Shown here: in pieces, positions 48,206-58,369 of the stretch
Layout of the letters: each line of letters starts with the position of its first letter
Position numbering within the stretch: the first letter of the stretch is position 1
DNA from: Candidatus Latescibacterota bacterium
GTDB taxonomy: Bacteria > Latescibacterota > UBA2968 > UBA8231
Assembly: GCA_965248265.1 (NCBI GenBank)
Contig: CBDFJF010000002.1
Span: 2,368,001-2,432,000, forward strand
DNA length: 64,000 nucleotides
Direction of reading: 5' to 3'
Program-made: the position numbers and the translations under genes
Notes under the pieces: generated by a model
The model's database searches: none
Seen by the model: the letters and a program-made list of their open reading frames with translations, nothing else
Told to the model about the DNA's origin: nothing

Positions 48206-49933
48206 CTACTCGATCCAGAAGGAATACAGCTTGGCATCTTTCAGATGAAACGCGAGGCGGATGTAGCGGTCATTCAGACTTCCCAGTTTCTTCTCGTTGC
48301 TCCAGCCGACGCGTTGGCGGGTCGAGTCGCCACGGACCGCCTGGCAATTTTCCTCACCAAAGCCGTCGATCCGACTGCCGTCTTCCGCCACGACCGAGGC
48401 ACGAACGTAGCCGTTGGGACAAACGTCGGCGTTGACGAACAGCTTGCCTTCCCCCTCAAACACCAGTGGGCGCGTTATCACGACGCCGGCCTCTTCGGCG
48501 GCATTGAGCGAAGCGAAGCCGTCGCGGCGGAGGATCGCCAATCCAGTTTTTTGCGCCCAAGAGTTCTTGGGGCCGTCTCCATTCGAGCCCATGTAGTAGA
48601 ACCACAGCTCGTCGTCCTTCAACAGTGGGCCGCTGACGGTGGGCGCATGGGCCATCTGTAGATAGTGCGGTTTCCAACTGCCCTCCGGCCCCATCGGAAT
48701 GAACGGCTTCCGGTCGCCGAGGTAGTAGAAGTGTCGTCCGTCCCGGCTCCCGGCCAGACGAAGCCAGTTGCGCTTCATCCAGGGCCGGGTTGGCATCAGG
48801 TTGCGCTCCCGGCTGTCTTCGCGGCTGGCCGGATGGTAGCAAGTCATCGAGAAGCAGTTCAGCCACATGCTTTCGTAGCAGAAGCCGTCGGCCTTGTAGA
48901 CGCCTTGCATGCCGGGGGTCTTGGCATCTTCGCCATCGGGATAGGCATAGATCCGCGGACTGGACCAGTGGATCAAGTCGTCGCTCTCGCACATGGCCAT
49001 GGCGCGGGCCGAATGCCACACGGGGGTCACCTGGTGGTCGGGTCCGATGACGTGCTTGGTGTTGGCGACATATTTTTGGAGCTTTTTATCCCACCTCACG
49101 TGCAACACGTCGCCGACCCCGACCGGCTGATGATCCGGCGCCTGAAAGACGCAGGCGCCCTTCGGCAGGGAGACGTGGGTCTTGACGGTCCATCGGATCC
49201 CGTCCGGCGAGACGGAGAGAGCGTGCATAGAGCCCTGAGCCGGTTGGGACTCGTCATATCTGTGCCCGGTCGGCCAGATCAGTTCGCCCACGCCCGGCGC
49301 TTGAACGAGAAGATTCGTGGTCGGGTCGCGCCGATGCGCCCAGGTCACCTTCTTCATCGGAGCGCCGCCAATCGCCTTCCACCGCTGCGAGGGGTCCGGA
49401 TCATCGGGCTCGTAGAACAGCCCGGCCGAAAAACCGCGTCCAAGGATCACGTTGTTCGGGCCGCCGACAAAGCGCTGCGGTTCGGCGGAGTGGTCGTAGA
49501 TATCCAGATCGGGTTTTTCCCAGTTCACGCCGTCGGTGGAATAGGCCATGTACATCAAACCGCCGGGCCCGCCGTAGTACATGCGATAGCCATGCTCATC
49601 GTCCGGGCACACGAAATGCCCGTAGGCGCTACTGAGGCCGTCGCCGCGAATATGGGTCAAAACCGGGTTGGCGGGATGATCCCGCGGACTGTGAAACCGG
49701 CGCTTCAGCCCCCGCTGGTGCGCTATAAGAAAATCATCGACGAAAAGCTGTCGTGTCGTGTCGATCTTCATGCGCCAGAGGCACAGATCCTCGGGGAACA
49801 TTAAACGCTCGTTGAGCATGATGCCGTACCCGCGAGGAAACACCGACCAGTCGGTCACCAGGTCGGATTCGTCCCACGGGGGCTGAATGTTCCGGTCGTC
49901 CACCTCTACGGCGAGTGTCTTTGTCTGGGCCAT
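48206..49933 (-). CDS. GH32-like beta-propeller hypothetical protein, paralog 2
   Basis: QLFVDD, YSTDGVNW, ESDDLIHW, LRRDGFASL..KLYSFWIE. Confidence 0.78.
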   Translation of the reverse strand: MAQTKTLAVEVDDRNIQPPWDESDLVTDWSVFPRGYGIMLNERLMFPEDLCLWRMKIDTTRQLFVDDFLIAHQRGLKRRFHSPRDHPANPVLTHIRGDGLSSAYGHFVCPDDEHGYRMYYGGPGGLMYMAYSTDGVNWEKPDLDIYDHSAEPQRFVGGPNNVILGRGFSAGLFYEPDDPDPSQRWKAIGGAPMKKVTWAHRRDPTTNLLVQAPGVGELIWPTGHRYDESQPAQGSMHALSVSPDGIRWTVKTHVSLPKGACVFQAPDHQPVGVGDVLHVRWDKKLQKYVANTKHVIGPDHQVTPVWHSARAMAMCESDDLIHWSSPRIYAYPDGEDAKTPGMQGVYKADGFCYESMWLNCFSMTCYHPASREDSRERNLMPTRPWMKRNWLRLAGSRDGRHFYYLGDRKPFIPMGPEGSWKPHYLQMAHAPTVSGPLLKDDELWFYYMGSNGDGPKNSWAQKTGLAILRRDGFASLNAAEEAGVVITRPLVFEGEGKLFVNADVCPNGYVRASVVAEDGSRIDGFGEENCQAVRGDSTRQRVGWSNEKKLGSLNDRYIRLAFHLKDAKLYSFWIE

Positions 49934-50438
49934 ATCGGGCAACTCCGTGCTCGGCGTTTGAAGCGGTTCTCTGTCCTGCTGACCGGGATGTACCGCGACA
50001 GCGAAGAGCAACTCATGCCGGGCATCTTCGCGTACTCACCGTCGGGGCAAGACGGATAGTGGTTATAAACACGCTATCGGGAGTCGGTCAAGTGGATTCT
50101 TGGGCTTTGCGACCGCCGTCGCGGGTTTTCGGGGGTGACCATCGGCGAGTGGCTCGACTGCGCAGCCTGATTCGGGCCGCCGCGCCTGATCGATCCCCAA
50201 GGCCCTCTCGACATGACGCCCCAACCGATCTAGACTACTGATAATGCCCTCTTATCCTTCCTCCTGATTCGGCCGCTGGTCTGATCAGGCGCGCCCCTAC
50301 AGGCCTTGGCGGCGCTCGACGAAGGCCGCATGCTGAGCGTGGCCGACAATACCAGACGCCGATTCAAGGAAAAATGACCTTCAAAAGTGTCCGACAAAGA
50401 TTCGGTTAAGCACATGTGACCTACCAAGGGAGGCCAAT

Positions 50439-52154
50439 ATGAGCGCCACAAAGCGAACCTGGAACGAATCGGCCGCCACGATGGACTGGACGCCGTTTCC
50501 CGTCGGCTACGGCATCCTGCTCAACGAGCGCTACCAGTTCCCCATGGACATGGCCCTGGTGCGTATGAAGCTGGACAACAGCCGGCAGCTATTCGTCGAC
50601 AACCACGTCATAGCCCATATGGAAGGGCTCACCCGCGAAACCCACTCGACGCGAAGCCACCCGGCAAATCCCGTCTTCGCGCCTTACGATGATTTCAACA
50701 AGGGTCACGCCTTCACTCGCAACCCCGGTTTTGGAAACTCGGCGTACATCTGCCCGGACCCCGAGCACGGGTTTCGGCTCTACTACAACGGACCTGGAGG
50801 GGGAAGCGGTAGCGGATGGGCGCTGCACGTGGCTTACTCCAGCGACGGCGTCAACTGGGATCTGCCTGAGCTCAACGTCTTCGACGACCTCGACCGCAGC
50901 AGCTTCCCGGGCGGCCCGAACAACGTCGTCAGCGCCGTAGGAGAGCTGAACGGGCTCTTCTTCGAACCGGATGACCCCAACCCTGAGCGGCGATGGAAGG
51001 CCATCCACCGGCCCAAACGGCGTCCACTCAGGCACACACCCTGGCCGTACTTAAGGTTGCCTCCGGGGAACCCCGGTACCGGAGCGCCCTACGAGCTGCA
51101 CGTCTCCCCCGACGGACTTCGGTGGACCTTCGAGGCCGAGACCAATCAATGGAAAACCATTGACGCCTGGGACTCCGGTGGTGTTCACGGGCTGTATAGT
51201 CAGCTCACCGTTCATGGTGACGTCCCCCAGTATCCTCTTCTTGGCGGCGGCGACGTCTTCCGGGCCCGCTGGGACCCCATTCTGGGGAAGTACGTTGGCA
51301 ACACCAAGCATTACATTGGACCCGACCGCCGCATGTCGCCTGTCTACCACGCCGCCCGTGTCGTGGGCCAGATCGAGAGCGACGACCTGGTCCACTGGTC
51401 GGCCCCGCGCATCTACGCCTACCCCGACGGCGAGGATGCCAAGGAGCCTTTCAGCGCAATGCAGGGCATATACGAGGCGGACGGCTATCCCTACGAGAGC
51501 ATGTGGCTCAACAACTTCTCCATGTCCACTGTGACCCCGGCATCGAAAGAGGAGATTCGCGATAGGGACATGACACGGCAGTACAGCAAGAACAACTGGA
51601 TACGGCTGGCGGCCAGCCGCGACGGCCGGCACTGGTACTACTTCGGGGACCGCAAGCCGTTTATCCCGCTGCGTCCGGAGGGACGCTGGAAGGAGAAAGC
51701 CGGGGTGCCGAACAAGCCGCAGTACCTACGCGCCGTCAATCTCGCTACGACGGGCGGGCCGATCATCAAGGACGACGAGCTCTGGTTCTACTACCGCGGT
51801 GGCGGTTCCACGGGGATCGCCGTCCTGCGCCGCGACGGCTTTGCGTCCCTCAACGCCGACGAGGACGGCGGGCTGGTGTTCACGCGGCCGTTCATATTCG
51901 AAGGCGAGGGCAGGCTGCACGTCAACGCCGAGGTTTCAGCCGGCGGATACGTGCGCGCCGCGGTGGTGGATGAAGACACCGCAGAGGAACTTGGAGGCTT
52001 TACCGAACACGACAGCGTCGGGGTCACCGAGGGCTCGACGAGGGCGCCACTGTGCTGGGGAGAGCACGAATCGCTGGGCCAGTTCAAGGACCGCTACGTG
52101 AGGCTGGCCTTCCATCTCAAGAGCGCCAAGCTCTACTCCTTCTGGGTCGAGTAG
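50439..52154 (+). CDS. GH32-like beta-propeller hypothetical protein, paralog 3
   Basis: Closely similar to 48206..49933 throughout; RBS GGGAGG. Confidence 0.8.
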   Translation: MSATKRTWNESAATMDWTPFPVGYGILLNERYQFPMDMALVRMKLDNSRQLFVDNHVIAHMEGLTRETHSTRSHPANPVFAPYDDFNKGHAFTRNPGFGNSAYICPDPEHGFRLYYNGPGGGSGSGWALHVAYSSDGVNWDLPELNVFDDLDRSSFPGGPNNVVSAVGELNGLFFEPDDPNPERRWKAIHRPKRRPLRHTPWPYLRLPPGNPGTGAPYELHVSPDGLRWTFEAETNQWKTIDAWDSGGVHGLYSQLTVHGDVPQYPLLGGGDVFRARWDPILGKYVGNTKHYIGPDRRMSPVYHAARVVGQIESDDLVHWSAPRIYAYPDGEDAKEPFSAMQGIYEADGYPYESMWLNNFSMSTVTPASKEEIRDRDMTRQYSKNNWIRLAASRDGRHWYYFGDRKPFIPLRPEGRWKEKAGVPNKPQYLRAVNLATTGGPIIKDDELWFYYRGGGSTGIAVLRRDGFASLNADEDGGLVFTRPFIFEGEGRLHVNAEVSAGGYVRAAVVDEDTAEELGGFTEHDSVGVTEGSTRAPLCWGEHESLGQFKDRYVRLAFHLKSAKLYSFWVE

Positions 52155-52259
52155 CTTGGACTGAAAGCCGGGAACCGAGCGGACCGATGTGGCCCTACGC
52201 GGCGACATGGGAGTATTATCCCGGCGGGCCGTTGGGTCACACATGAGAGGCGCGGATAT

Positions 52260-52994
52260 ATGACTTCGCCGACCAAATCTGCAACCCTGAAGAAGCGAAT
52301 ACACAGCGGAGAGACGGTAATTGGGGTCTCTGCGCCGCTGACCCTGGAGCGCGGCAGCCTCGAGACCCTGATGGAGAAGGGGCCCTATGACTTCGTCTCG
52401 GTCGACAGCCAGCACAACCCGCACAACGAGGAGCGCCTGGTCGCTTTCTGCGAGATGGCTGCTGAGATTGGGGTCCATGTCCAGTTCCGCATCAAGCACA
52501 CCCGACACACGTACCTGGTGGGGAACTATCTCGACCTTGGGCCAGCGGGGGTCGAGATACCGCAGGTGGAGTCCGAGGAGACGGCCGCAGAGGCCGTCGC
52601 CAACTTCTACTACCCTGAGACTGGCGTGCGGAGCTGGGGCGGGAGTAAGCGCCTGGGAATCGGGGGCTGGGCCGAGCCCCGCGAGTATGCGAGGTGGTGG
52701 GCCGAGACCGGGGTCCTGTGGTTACAGGTGGAGTCGGTGGAGTCGGTCACAAAGGTACGCAAGCTGGCCATGCCCGGGGTCGACTGCATCTCCTTCGGCC
52801 CAAGGGACCTGATCTTCAGCCTGGATGCCCACCCCAATCATCCGTTCAAGACCGTAGACGACTGCGTTCGCCACGTCGCTCAGGAGCTTGAAGGCAGCGA
52901 CGTCGCCGTTTGCTACAGGAACAACAGACCCGACACCCGGCAACAATACATCGACATGGGCGTCACCGTCTTGCTGGAAGTCGGCCGAATCTAA
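52260..52994 (+). CDS. HpcH/HpaI aldolase/citrate lyase family protein
   Basis: DFVSVDSQH, LDLG..IPQVE, QVES, FGPRDL. Confidence 0.85.
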   Translation: MTSPTKSATLKKRIHSGETVIGVSAPLTLERGSLETLMEKGPYDFVSVDSQHNPHNEERLVAFCEMAAEIGVHVQFRIKHTRHTYLVGNYLDLGPAGVEIPQVESEETAAEAVANFYYPETGVRSWGGSKRLGIGGWAEPREYARWWAETGVLWLQVESVESVTKVRKLAMPGVDCISFGPRDLIFSLDAHPNHPFKTVDDCVRHVAQELEGSDVAVCYRNNRPDTRQQYIDMGVTVLLEVGRI

Positions 52995-53071
52995 GACCGG
53001 GGCTGGAGCGGCCGGCGCACTGGTGATCTCAAGCGTCATACTATCGGAACAACCTAAGGAGGTGACTGACC

Positions 53072-54295
53072 GTGAACGATGATTTCAGAAAAAGGGTAGC
53101 CTTGACGTTGCCAGATGAGACGCTCTTTCTCCATACCGGCACCGATGCGGCGAGTATCAAGGAGCTCAAGGACGGGCGGCTCCTGAACATTACGGGGGGA
53201 TTGGAGAAGCAGGTGTCCGAAGACGGGGGCGACGTGTGGAGCGGACCTGAGGCGTTGACCGACGACTCGGGAAAGCAGATCGAGGGTAGCTCGGCCAACC
53301 TGGTGATCTTGAAGTCAGGTGCCCTGGGTGTGCTGTACGGCTTTACCCCAAAGGACGAGGTAGGCAGACCCGTCTGGTTCATCCGCTCTGAAGACGAAGG
53401 GGAAAGCTGGTCCGATCCGGTGAGGGTATCTGAGCCCTTGGTGAAGGCAGCCGCGTGGAACGACACCGCTATCGTCACAAGCACGGGACGCATAGTTCTC
53501 CCTGTCTACTACTTCATAGGACAGAGGCACATTATTCCGGAAGGTGTGTCAAGAGCGATAGGCCTTTTTGGCGATGAATGGGCTACGGTAGGTGGCCACG
53601 GGTACGAAAACATCATAGATGTGACCTGGGTGTACTATTCGGACGATGAGGGGCAGACGTGGCGCAGAAACGAGGACGGGGAAATGATAGTGACGATTGA
53701 CTACAGCGAGGGAGGCCACTTTTCTTGCGAGGAGTCCGTCGTCGCCGAGGTGAGCCCCGAACATCTGCTGATGGTCCACAGGACCCACCTGGGGCGGCTG
53801 TATCAGAGCTGGTCCGATAATGACGGGACCACGTGGACTCATCCCGAACCTACAACCCTGGCCTCCTCGAGATCACCTGCCTGTTTGAACCGCATTCCCG
53901 GAACGGATGATCTCTTGATCCTATGGAACCAGGCGTCCGCAGACGAAATCCAGCGCGGGAGGCAGAGGCACCGATTGACGTCGGCCATCAGCCAGAACGG
54001 AGGCGCCACGTGGAAACTCAGGAAGAACGTCGGAGCCCTCGACGGCGATGACACCACCTATATTGAGCCGCCTCCGATCAAATCGTACAGAGCCGCGAAT
54101 TATGTGTCGAGGTTGCCCCCTGATGACAGAGTCATGGACTACCCCTCCGTGTCCTTTTGGAAAGACAGGGTAATCATCAACACAAAATTCAAGGAGAGGG
54201 GACCGGATATCGACATCCAGCCACGGGGAAAGGGCGTGCGAACGATGATTACCCTGGGCTTGCCCCTTCAGTGGTTCTACGAAGCAAAAGGCTGA
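53072..54295 (+). CDS. Sialidase-like BNR-repeat protein
   Basis: Asp boxes SEDGGDVW, SEDEGESW, SDDEGQTW, SDNDGTTW, SQNGGATW; RBS AAGGAGG. Confidence 0.85.
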   Translation: MNDDFRKRVALTLPDETLFLHTGTDAASIKELKDGRLLNITGGLEKQVSEDGGDVWSGPEALTDDSGKQIEGSSANLVILKSGALGVLYGFTPKDEVGRPVWFIRSEDEGESWSDPVRVSEPLVKAAAWNDTAIVTSTGRIVLPVYYFIGQRHIIPEGVSRAIGLFGDEWATVGGHGYENIIDVTWVYYSDDEGQTWRRNEDGEMIVTIDYSEGGHFSCEESVVAEVSPEHLLMVHRTHLGRLYQSWSDNDGTTWTHPEPTTLASSRSPACLNRIPGTDDLLILWNQASADEIQRGRQRHRLTSAISQNGGATWKLRKNVGALDGDDTTYIEPPPIKSYRAANYVSRLPPDDRVMDYPSVSFWKDRVIINTKFKERGPDIDIQPRGKGVRTMITLGLPLQWFYEAKG

Positions 54296-54351
54296 CTTCC
54301 TATCGCCGATTCAATCGAATCTCGGGCGCAGGACCTGTTCGGAGACCGGGC

Positions 54352-54542
54352 ATGGATCCTTCACTTCGTCATGTTAGCAGAGAGAGACGAATCAAAGGAG
54401 CCATCACGTTCGGTTTATCGGACTAAGGGCCTGCATGGTTCGACGAATACACGCTGGAATCCGCCAGGCGAATTCCGCTCTTGCTGCTGCATGGAGAGCA
54501 CGACGAATGGGCTCCAGTCGCTCTCTCGGAGCGAGCCCGCGC
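54352..54542 (+). pseudogene. Alpha/beta hydrolase (esterase-like) fragment cut at the repeat unit
   Basis: RIKGAITFG, in-frame stop at 54424, then RIPLLLLHGEHDEWAPVALSERAR running into GCTTAG. Confidence 0.6.
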
Positions 54543-54618
54543 GCTTAGTGAGGATAAAATAGGTTATCGTTACTCAGTCAGGCGTTATTTTGGCAATTTG
54601 CCAGCGTTGATGGCGGTT
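54543..54618 (+). repeat. dif-like repeat unit copy 2 (intact)
   Basis: Arms AGTGAGGATAA 54547-54557 and TTATCGTTACT 54564-54574, spacer AATAGG, followed by the conserved tail. Confidence 0.9.
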
Positions 54619-55072
54619 GCTGAGGCTACGAACAGTGTCCTCGGGAGCCGCTCTGAGCGAAACGGGCGTTTTCAGCGACAATGGTGGTGGGAAGCATTCC
54701 CAGGCAACGAACACGGAGAACCATACGGTGCCGGTCAGCCACCCGGAGCCGATGAACCCCAGCGGATGGATGCGCCACAGTCCCTGATGGAAATCACCAA
54801 CAAGGGCCTTTGTACACCCTCCGTAAATCTTGTCTTGGTGAGTCCCCAACTTACGAAACCCCGTATTCCCGCTGGAGCGATGCCGCAGGCTCACCGTGCC
54901 TCTGTCGGTGCGATTCTCCACAACCTGACCATACCTCCCGATGTCGGGGCGGTTTCCGACCGTCATCCTACGTGGTATATTGCCAGTGTTGACACCGTTG
55001 GCGGGGCATTTCGCCTCGCTTTTGAGCAGTGTCTTCGCAAACCGGCCCTCTGGCACCTCAAGGAGAATCGCC

Positions 55073-56092
55073 ATGATAGATGGGATCTTCGTATTCGACA
55101 ACGTTGTGCACATGTTCAACGCCGACGAGGAGCAGATCGTCGAGCCGCATGGGCCCGACGCCCAGGAGCATTGGTTGGCGTTGACAAGTGCGGGGCGGCC
55201 GAGTGGAGACAACGAACGCTACGGCGGAGAAACGTCGAAGTATGCGTTTGCCAAGGAGTGGACGATTGAGAAGGCGTGGCAGATGGTATTCCGAGATTCC
55301 GGCACCGACATCGCCATGGCGCAGACGGTAACGCTGTGGGACTTCTGGAGGGATGGACTTTCGTCGGTGGAAACACAGTACGAGCTGCACAAGGCCTATC
55401 CCGACCGGGTGCTCTTCTGCGGCGGTGTCGACCCTGGATATCAAAGCCTCGAGGACTGCCTGAAACAGACCGAGTTTCAGATCGAGGAGTGGGGCGCGAC
55501 GTCTATGAAGTTCTATAACGCACACATGGACGGCAAGACGTGGCCTTGCGACGACCACAAGCTGGCCTACCCGATATACGAGAAGTCGATGGAGCTGGGC
55601 GTGAACCTACTCCAGTTCCATAAGGGTGTCCCCCTCGGTCCCGCGAAGGTCGAGGATACGAGGCCGAATGATCTGCAAACGGTGGCGGCCGACTTCAGGG
55701 AAGCCAACATTGTCATCCATCATCTCTCGATGCCTTACTTCGACGAGACTGTCTCGATAGCTGCCCGCTTCCCCAACATCTACCTCGCCCTCTCTGGGAA
55801 TCTACATGAGCTGCTGTTCGCGCCCCGCGCCGCGCAGGAGTTCATGGGGCGTCTTCTAAGAGATGTCGGAGCTCACAAGCTGCTGTGGGGCTCTGAGGCT
55901 CCCGTGATGGGATGTCCGCAGCCCGTGCTCGAGCACTTTATGGCTCTCGAGATTCCTGAAGACCTGCGCCGCGGTTACGGTTATCCCCAGATCACGAGAG
56001 AGGACAAGGAGATGATCCTGGGAGCGAACATGGCGCGGCTCACAGGTCTTGACATCGAGGCGAAGAAAAAGGAGCTAGGGCTAGCGGCATGA
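55073..56092 (+). CDS. Amidohydrolase_2 family protein
   Basis: DNVVH, MKFY, FHKG, IHH, LWGSE; RBS AAGGAG. Confidence 0.88.
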   Translation: MIDGIFVFDNVVHMFNADEEQIVEPHGPDAQEHWLALTSAGRPSGDNERYGGETSKYAFAKEWTIEKAWQMVFRDSGTDIAMAQTVTLWDFWRDGLSSVETQYELHKAYPDRVLFCGGVDPGYQSLEDCLKQTEFQIEEWGATSMKFYNAHMDGKTWPCDDHKLAYPIYEKSMELGVNLLQFHKGVPLGPAKVEDTRPNDLQTVAADFREANIVIHHLSMPYFDETVSIAARFPNIYLALSGNLHELLFAPRAAQEFMGRLLRDVGAHKLLWGSEAPVMGCPQPVLEHFMALEIPEDLRRGYGYPQITREDKEMILGANMARLTGLDIEAKKKELGLAA

Positions 56093-56147
56093 CGTCGTTC
56101 CACTCGCCAGCTTTTCTCCTCAGGTGGGGTCCTGAGAACGTGAGCAC

Positions 56148-56471
56148 GTGACGTCCGGTATGAACCAGGAAGACATCGTCAGCGCCGTGGAGCGCAAGCT
56201 TGACGCCGAGATCCGTCCTCTCCTTCAGTTCCATGGTGGGGACGCTCGTGCGGAGAAGATCACACACGAAGGCGTGGTCCATCTCGAATACTTCGGCGCT
56301 TGTCATGGTTGTTTCTTGCAGCCTGCGACACACTTCGCGACAGTACGCCTGCGCCTGCTTCAAGTGCCCGGTGTCACCGACGTCGTGACCCGGGGGGTTC
56401 GTCTGTCAGAGGAGGCGGTTCACCGAATCGCAAAGGCGTACGCAGGCGTTCCTGGTTCGGCATGCCTTTGA
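56148..56471 (+). CDS. NifU-like (Nfu) domain protein
   Basis: IRPLLQFHGGD..GACHGC. Confidence 0.85.
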   Translation: MTSGMNQEDIVSAVERKLDAEIRPLLQFHGGDARAEKITHEGVVHLEYFGACHGCFLQPATHFATVRLRLLQVPGVTDVVTRGVRLSEEAVHRIAKAYAGVPGSACL

Positions 56472-56525
56472 TGCGCCCCCGCTTCTCGACTGCGAATATG
56501 CGGTCGGTCCATCTCCGGGTGCACA

Positions 56526-57302
56526 TCACGCCGTCAACCCGTCCAGCTCGATCATCTCCTCTTGAGTCAGCTCCCAATTGAACAGATCCAGATTCTCCCG
56601 GAGGTGATCTTCCGAGCTCGCCTTGGGGATGACGATGACCTCTTTCTGGACCAGCCATCTCAGCGCCACCTGAATCGGCGTCTTGCCGTGATATTGGGCG
56701 ATCGCTCGAATTGCGCTAGAGTCCGCGACGCGGCCCCTTTCCAGCGGGGTGTACGCTGTCACCACCACGCCCCTCTCCTGGCAGTGCTCTCGCAGCTTTT
56801 CTTCTTGGCTGTGAAGGTTGTATCTGATCTGATTGACGGTGATCTGGACCCGACTGATACGTCGGGCCTCGTCGACCAAGCTCTCGGAGAAGTTGCTCAC
56901 GCCGATTACGCGAGTCTTTCCCTCTTCTTGCAGCTGGGCAAAAACGTCTAGCGTCTCCTCGAGCGACACGGTCGCGGGGGGCCAGTGGATGAGAAGCAGG
57001 TCGACGTACTCGAAGCCGAGCTGATCGAGATTTTCCTGGTGTTGAGTCAGAGCAGCGGTCTTGCTCAGTTGATCGCGCCAGATCTTACTGGTCAAAAAAA
57101 TCTCGTCATACGGGACACCGCTCGCCCGGATCCCCTCCCCAACCTCGCGCTGATTCTCGTATCGCCAGGCTGTGTCGATGTGACGGTACCCCATCGTGAG
57201 TGCCGCCTCGACCGACGCCACGCAACGAGGGCCGCGCAACTGAAAGGTGCCGAGGCCGAGCATCGGCATGTCGTGGCCAGTGCTTAGTTGGACTGCGTGC
57301 AC
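56526..57302 (-). CDS. Aldo/keto reductase (2,5-diketo-D-gluconate reductase-like)
   Basis: GLGTF, IDTAWRY, TSK, DLLLIHWP, GVSNF, IPKAS. Confidence 0.92.
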   Translation of the reverse strand: MHAVQLSTGHDMPMLGLGTFQLRGPRCVASVEAALTMGYRHIDTAWRYENQREVGEGIRASGVPYDEIFLTSKIWRDQLSKTAALTQHQENLDQLGFEYVDLLLIHWPPATVSLEETLDVFAQLQEEGKTRVIGVSNFSESLVDEARRISRVQITVNQIRYNLHSQEEKLREHCQERGVVVTAYTPLERGRVADSSAIRAIAQYHGKTPIQVALRWLVQKEVIVIPKASSEDHLRENLDLFNWELTQEEMIELDGLTA

Positions 57303-57319
57303 AACGCCGCCTTATAGAA

Positions 57320-57371
57320 GATCAGCGACCAAAATCGATACTTTGTCAAGATGCTGGCGCGGGTGTGTAGG
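57320..57371 (-). repeat. ~50-bp imperfect repeat, copy A (promoter/operator-like)
   Basis: Aligns with 59699-59748; TTGACA on the minus strand next to an ATCGAT-centred palindrome. Confidence 0.6.
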
Positions 57372-58329
57372 TACTGACCCTGGTGACAGCCTGAATCAGC
57401 GCGGTGATGTAGCCGTACTGAAAGGCGAACTTCTGGCTCACCCGGTTGGATACGCCCTCCGGCGCCACGTCGTCGGGATGGCTCGGCGCGTGGTCGGGCA
57501 TCAACATGTAGGGATAGCCCGTGGCGTGAAAAATTCGCGCGAGGCCGTACATGTCGACGTCGCCTTCGTCCGGCCACACTTCGACGAAGTCGTGCAAGCC
57601 ACCGCGAATATTGCGGAAGTGGACATTGAAGATTTTCTTGCGCTCCGAGAAGTACTGGACGATCTCTGGCAGCTCCTGCGCGGGATTCTCCAGTCCTTCA
57701 GACGCCACGCCGCAGCAGAAGTTGAACCCGTGGTATGGGCTGTCGACGAGCTCGCTGAACCGCTTCAAACCCTCGAACACGGGCCAGTTCCAGCGTTCGA
57801 CGCCGTTGAGGACGGGAGCCGGCGGGTCGGGCAGGTGACAAGCCATCTGCACTTCGTATTCCTCGGCGACGGGAATCACTCTCTCCAACCAATAGGCCGC
57901 TCGTTCGAAGGCCTCGTCCCTGCTGACGACGCCCGCTTCTGACAGTGTGTCGTTGTCGAATTTGTCCAACTCGAACGAGCTGTACGACGACCCTCCGCGT
58001 CCCGGCCGGCGCTCCGTGCGTTGATGGCCCAGGATGCAGAAGTTGTAGTTCAGGCCACGCAAGCCCGCTCTGCCCGCGTTCTCGATCAAGCCGCATACCG
58101 TGTCCAGATCCCGGTCGCGCTGCGGATCCTGGGCGAGGGTGATGCTCCTGGGCAAATCGATATGGATCGTCTCCAACTCCACGCCCTCGGCCGCAGCTTC
58201 TTCTCGGTGCCGCGTCAGCGTCTCGACATCCGTGCCGTCGACTACCGCGTCCATGTGTGTGACGCCGTGGCGAACCAGAAACTCCAGCTCCATCTTCGAC
58301 GTTCCTATGCCCTGTGTACCTACGTACAT
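57346..58329 (-). CDS. uxuA: Mannonate dehydratase family protein
   Basis: YNF, HLPDPP, NFCCG, VHFRN, DEGDVDM, MPDHAP. Confidence 0.8.
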   Translation of the reverse strand: MYVGTQGIGTSKMELEFLVRHGVTHMDAVVDGTDVETLTRHREEAAAEGVELETIHIDLPRSITLAQDPQRDRDLDTVCGLIENAGRAGLRGLNYNFCILGHQRTERRPGRGGSSYSSFELDKFDNDTLSEAGVVSRDEAFERAAYWLERVIPVAEEYEVQMACHLPDPPAPVLNGVERWNWPVFEGLKRFSELVDSPYHGFNFCCGVASEGLENPAQELPEIVQYFSERKKIFNVHFRNIRGGLHDFVEVWPDEGDVDMYGLARIFHATGYPYMLMPDHAPSHPDDVAPEGVSNRVSQKFAFQYGYITALIQAVTRVSTYTPAPAS

Positions 58330-58369
58330 CGTTCATTCCTTTCACTCTTGCGGCTTGTGTTAACCGCGG

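Noticed and set aside
54591-54606. Sigma-54 promoter in the repeat tail (GG-N10-GC)
   Set aside because: The -12 element is CAGC rather than TTGC, and downstream sequences are not gene starts in all copies.
54481-55269. 262-aa ORF (and 63626..63949) sharing LSEDKIGYRYSV
   Set aside because: The shared peptide is just the translated repeat unit; indels between copies break the frame, so it is not a protein family.
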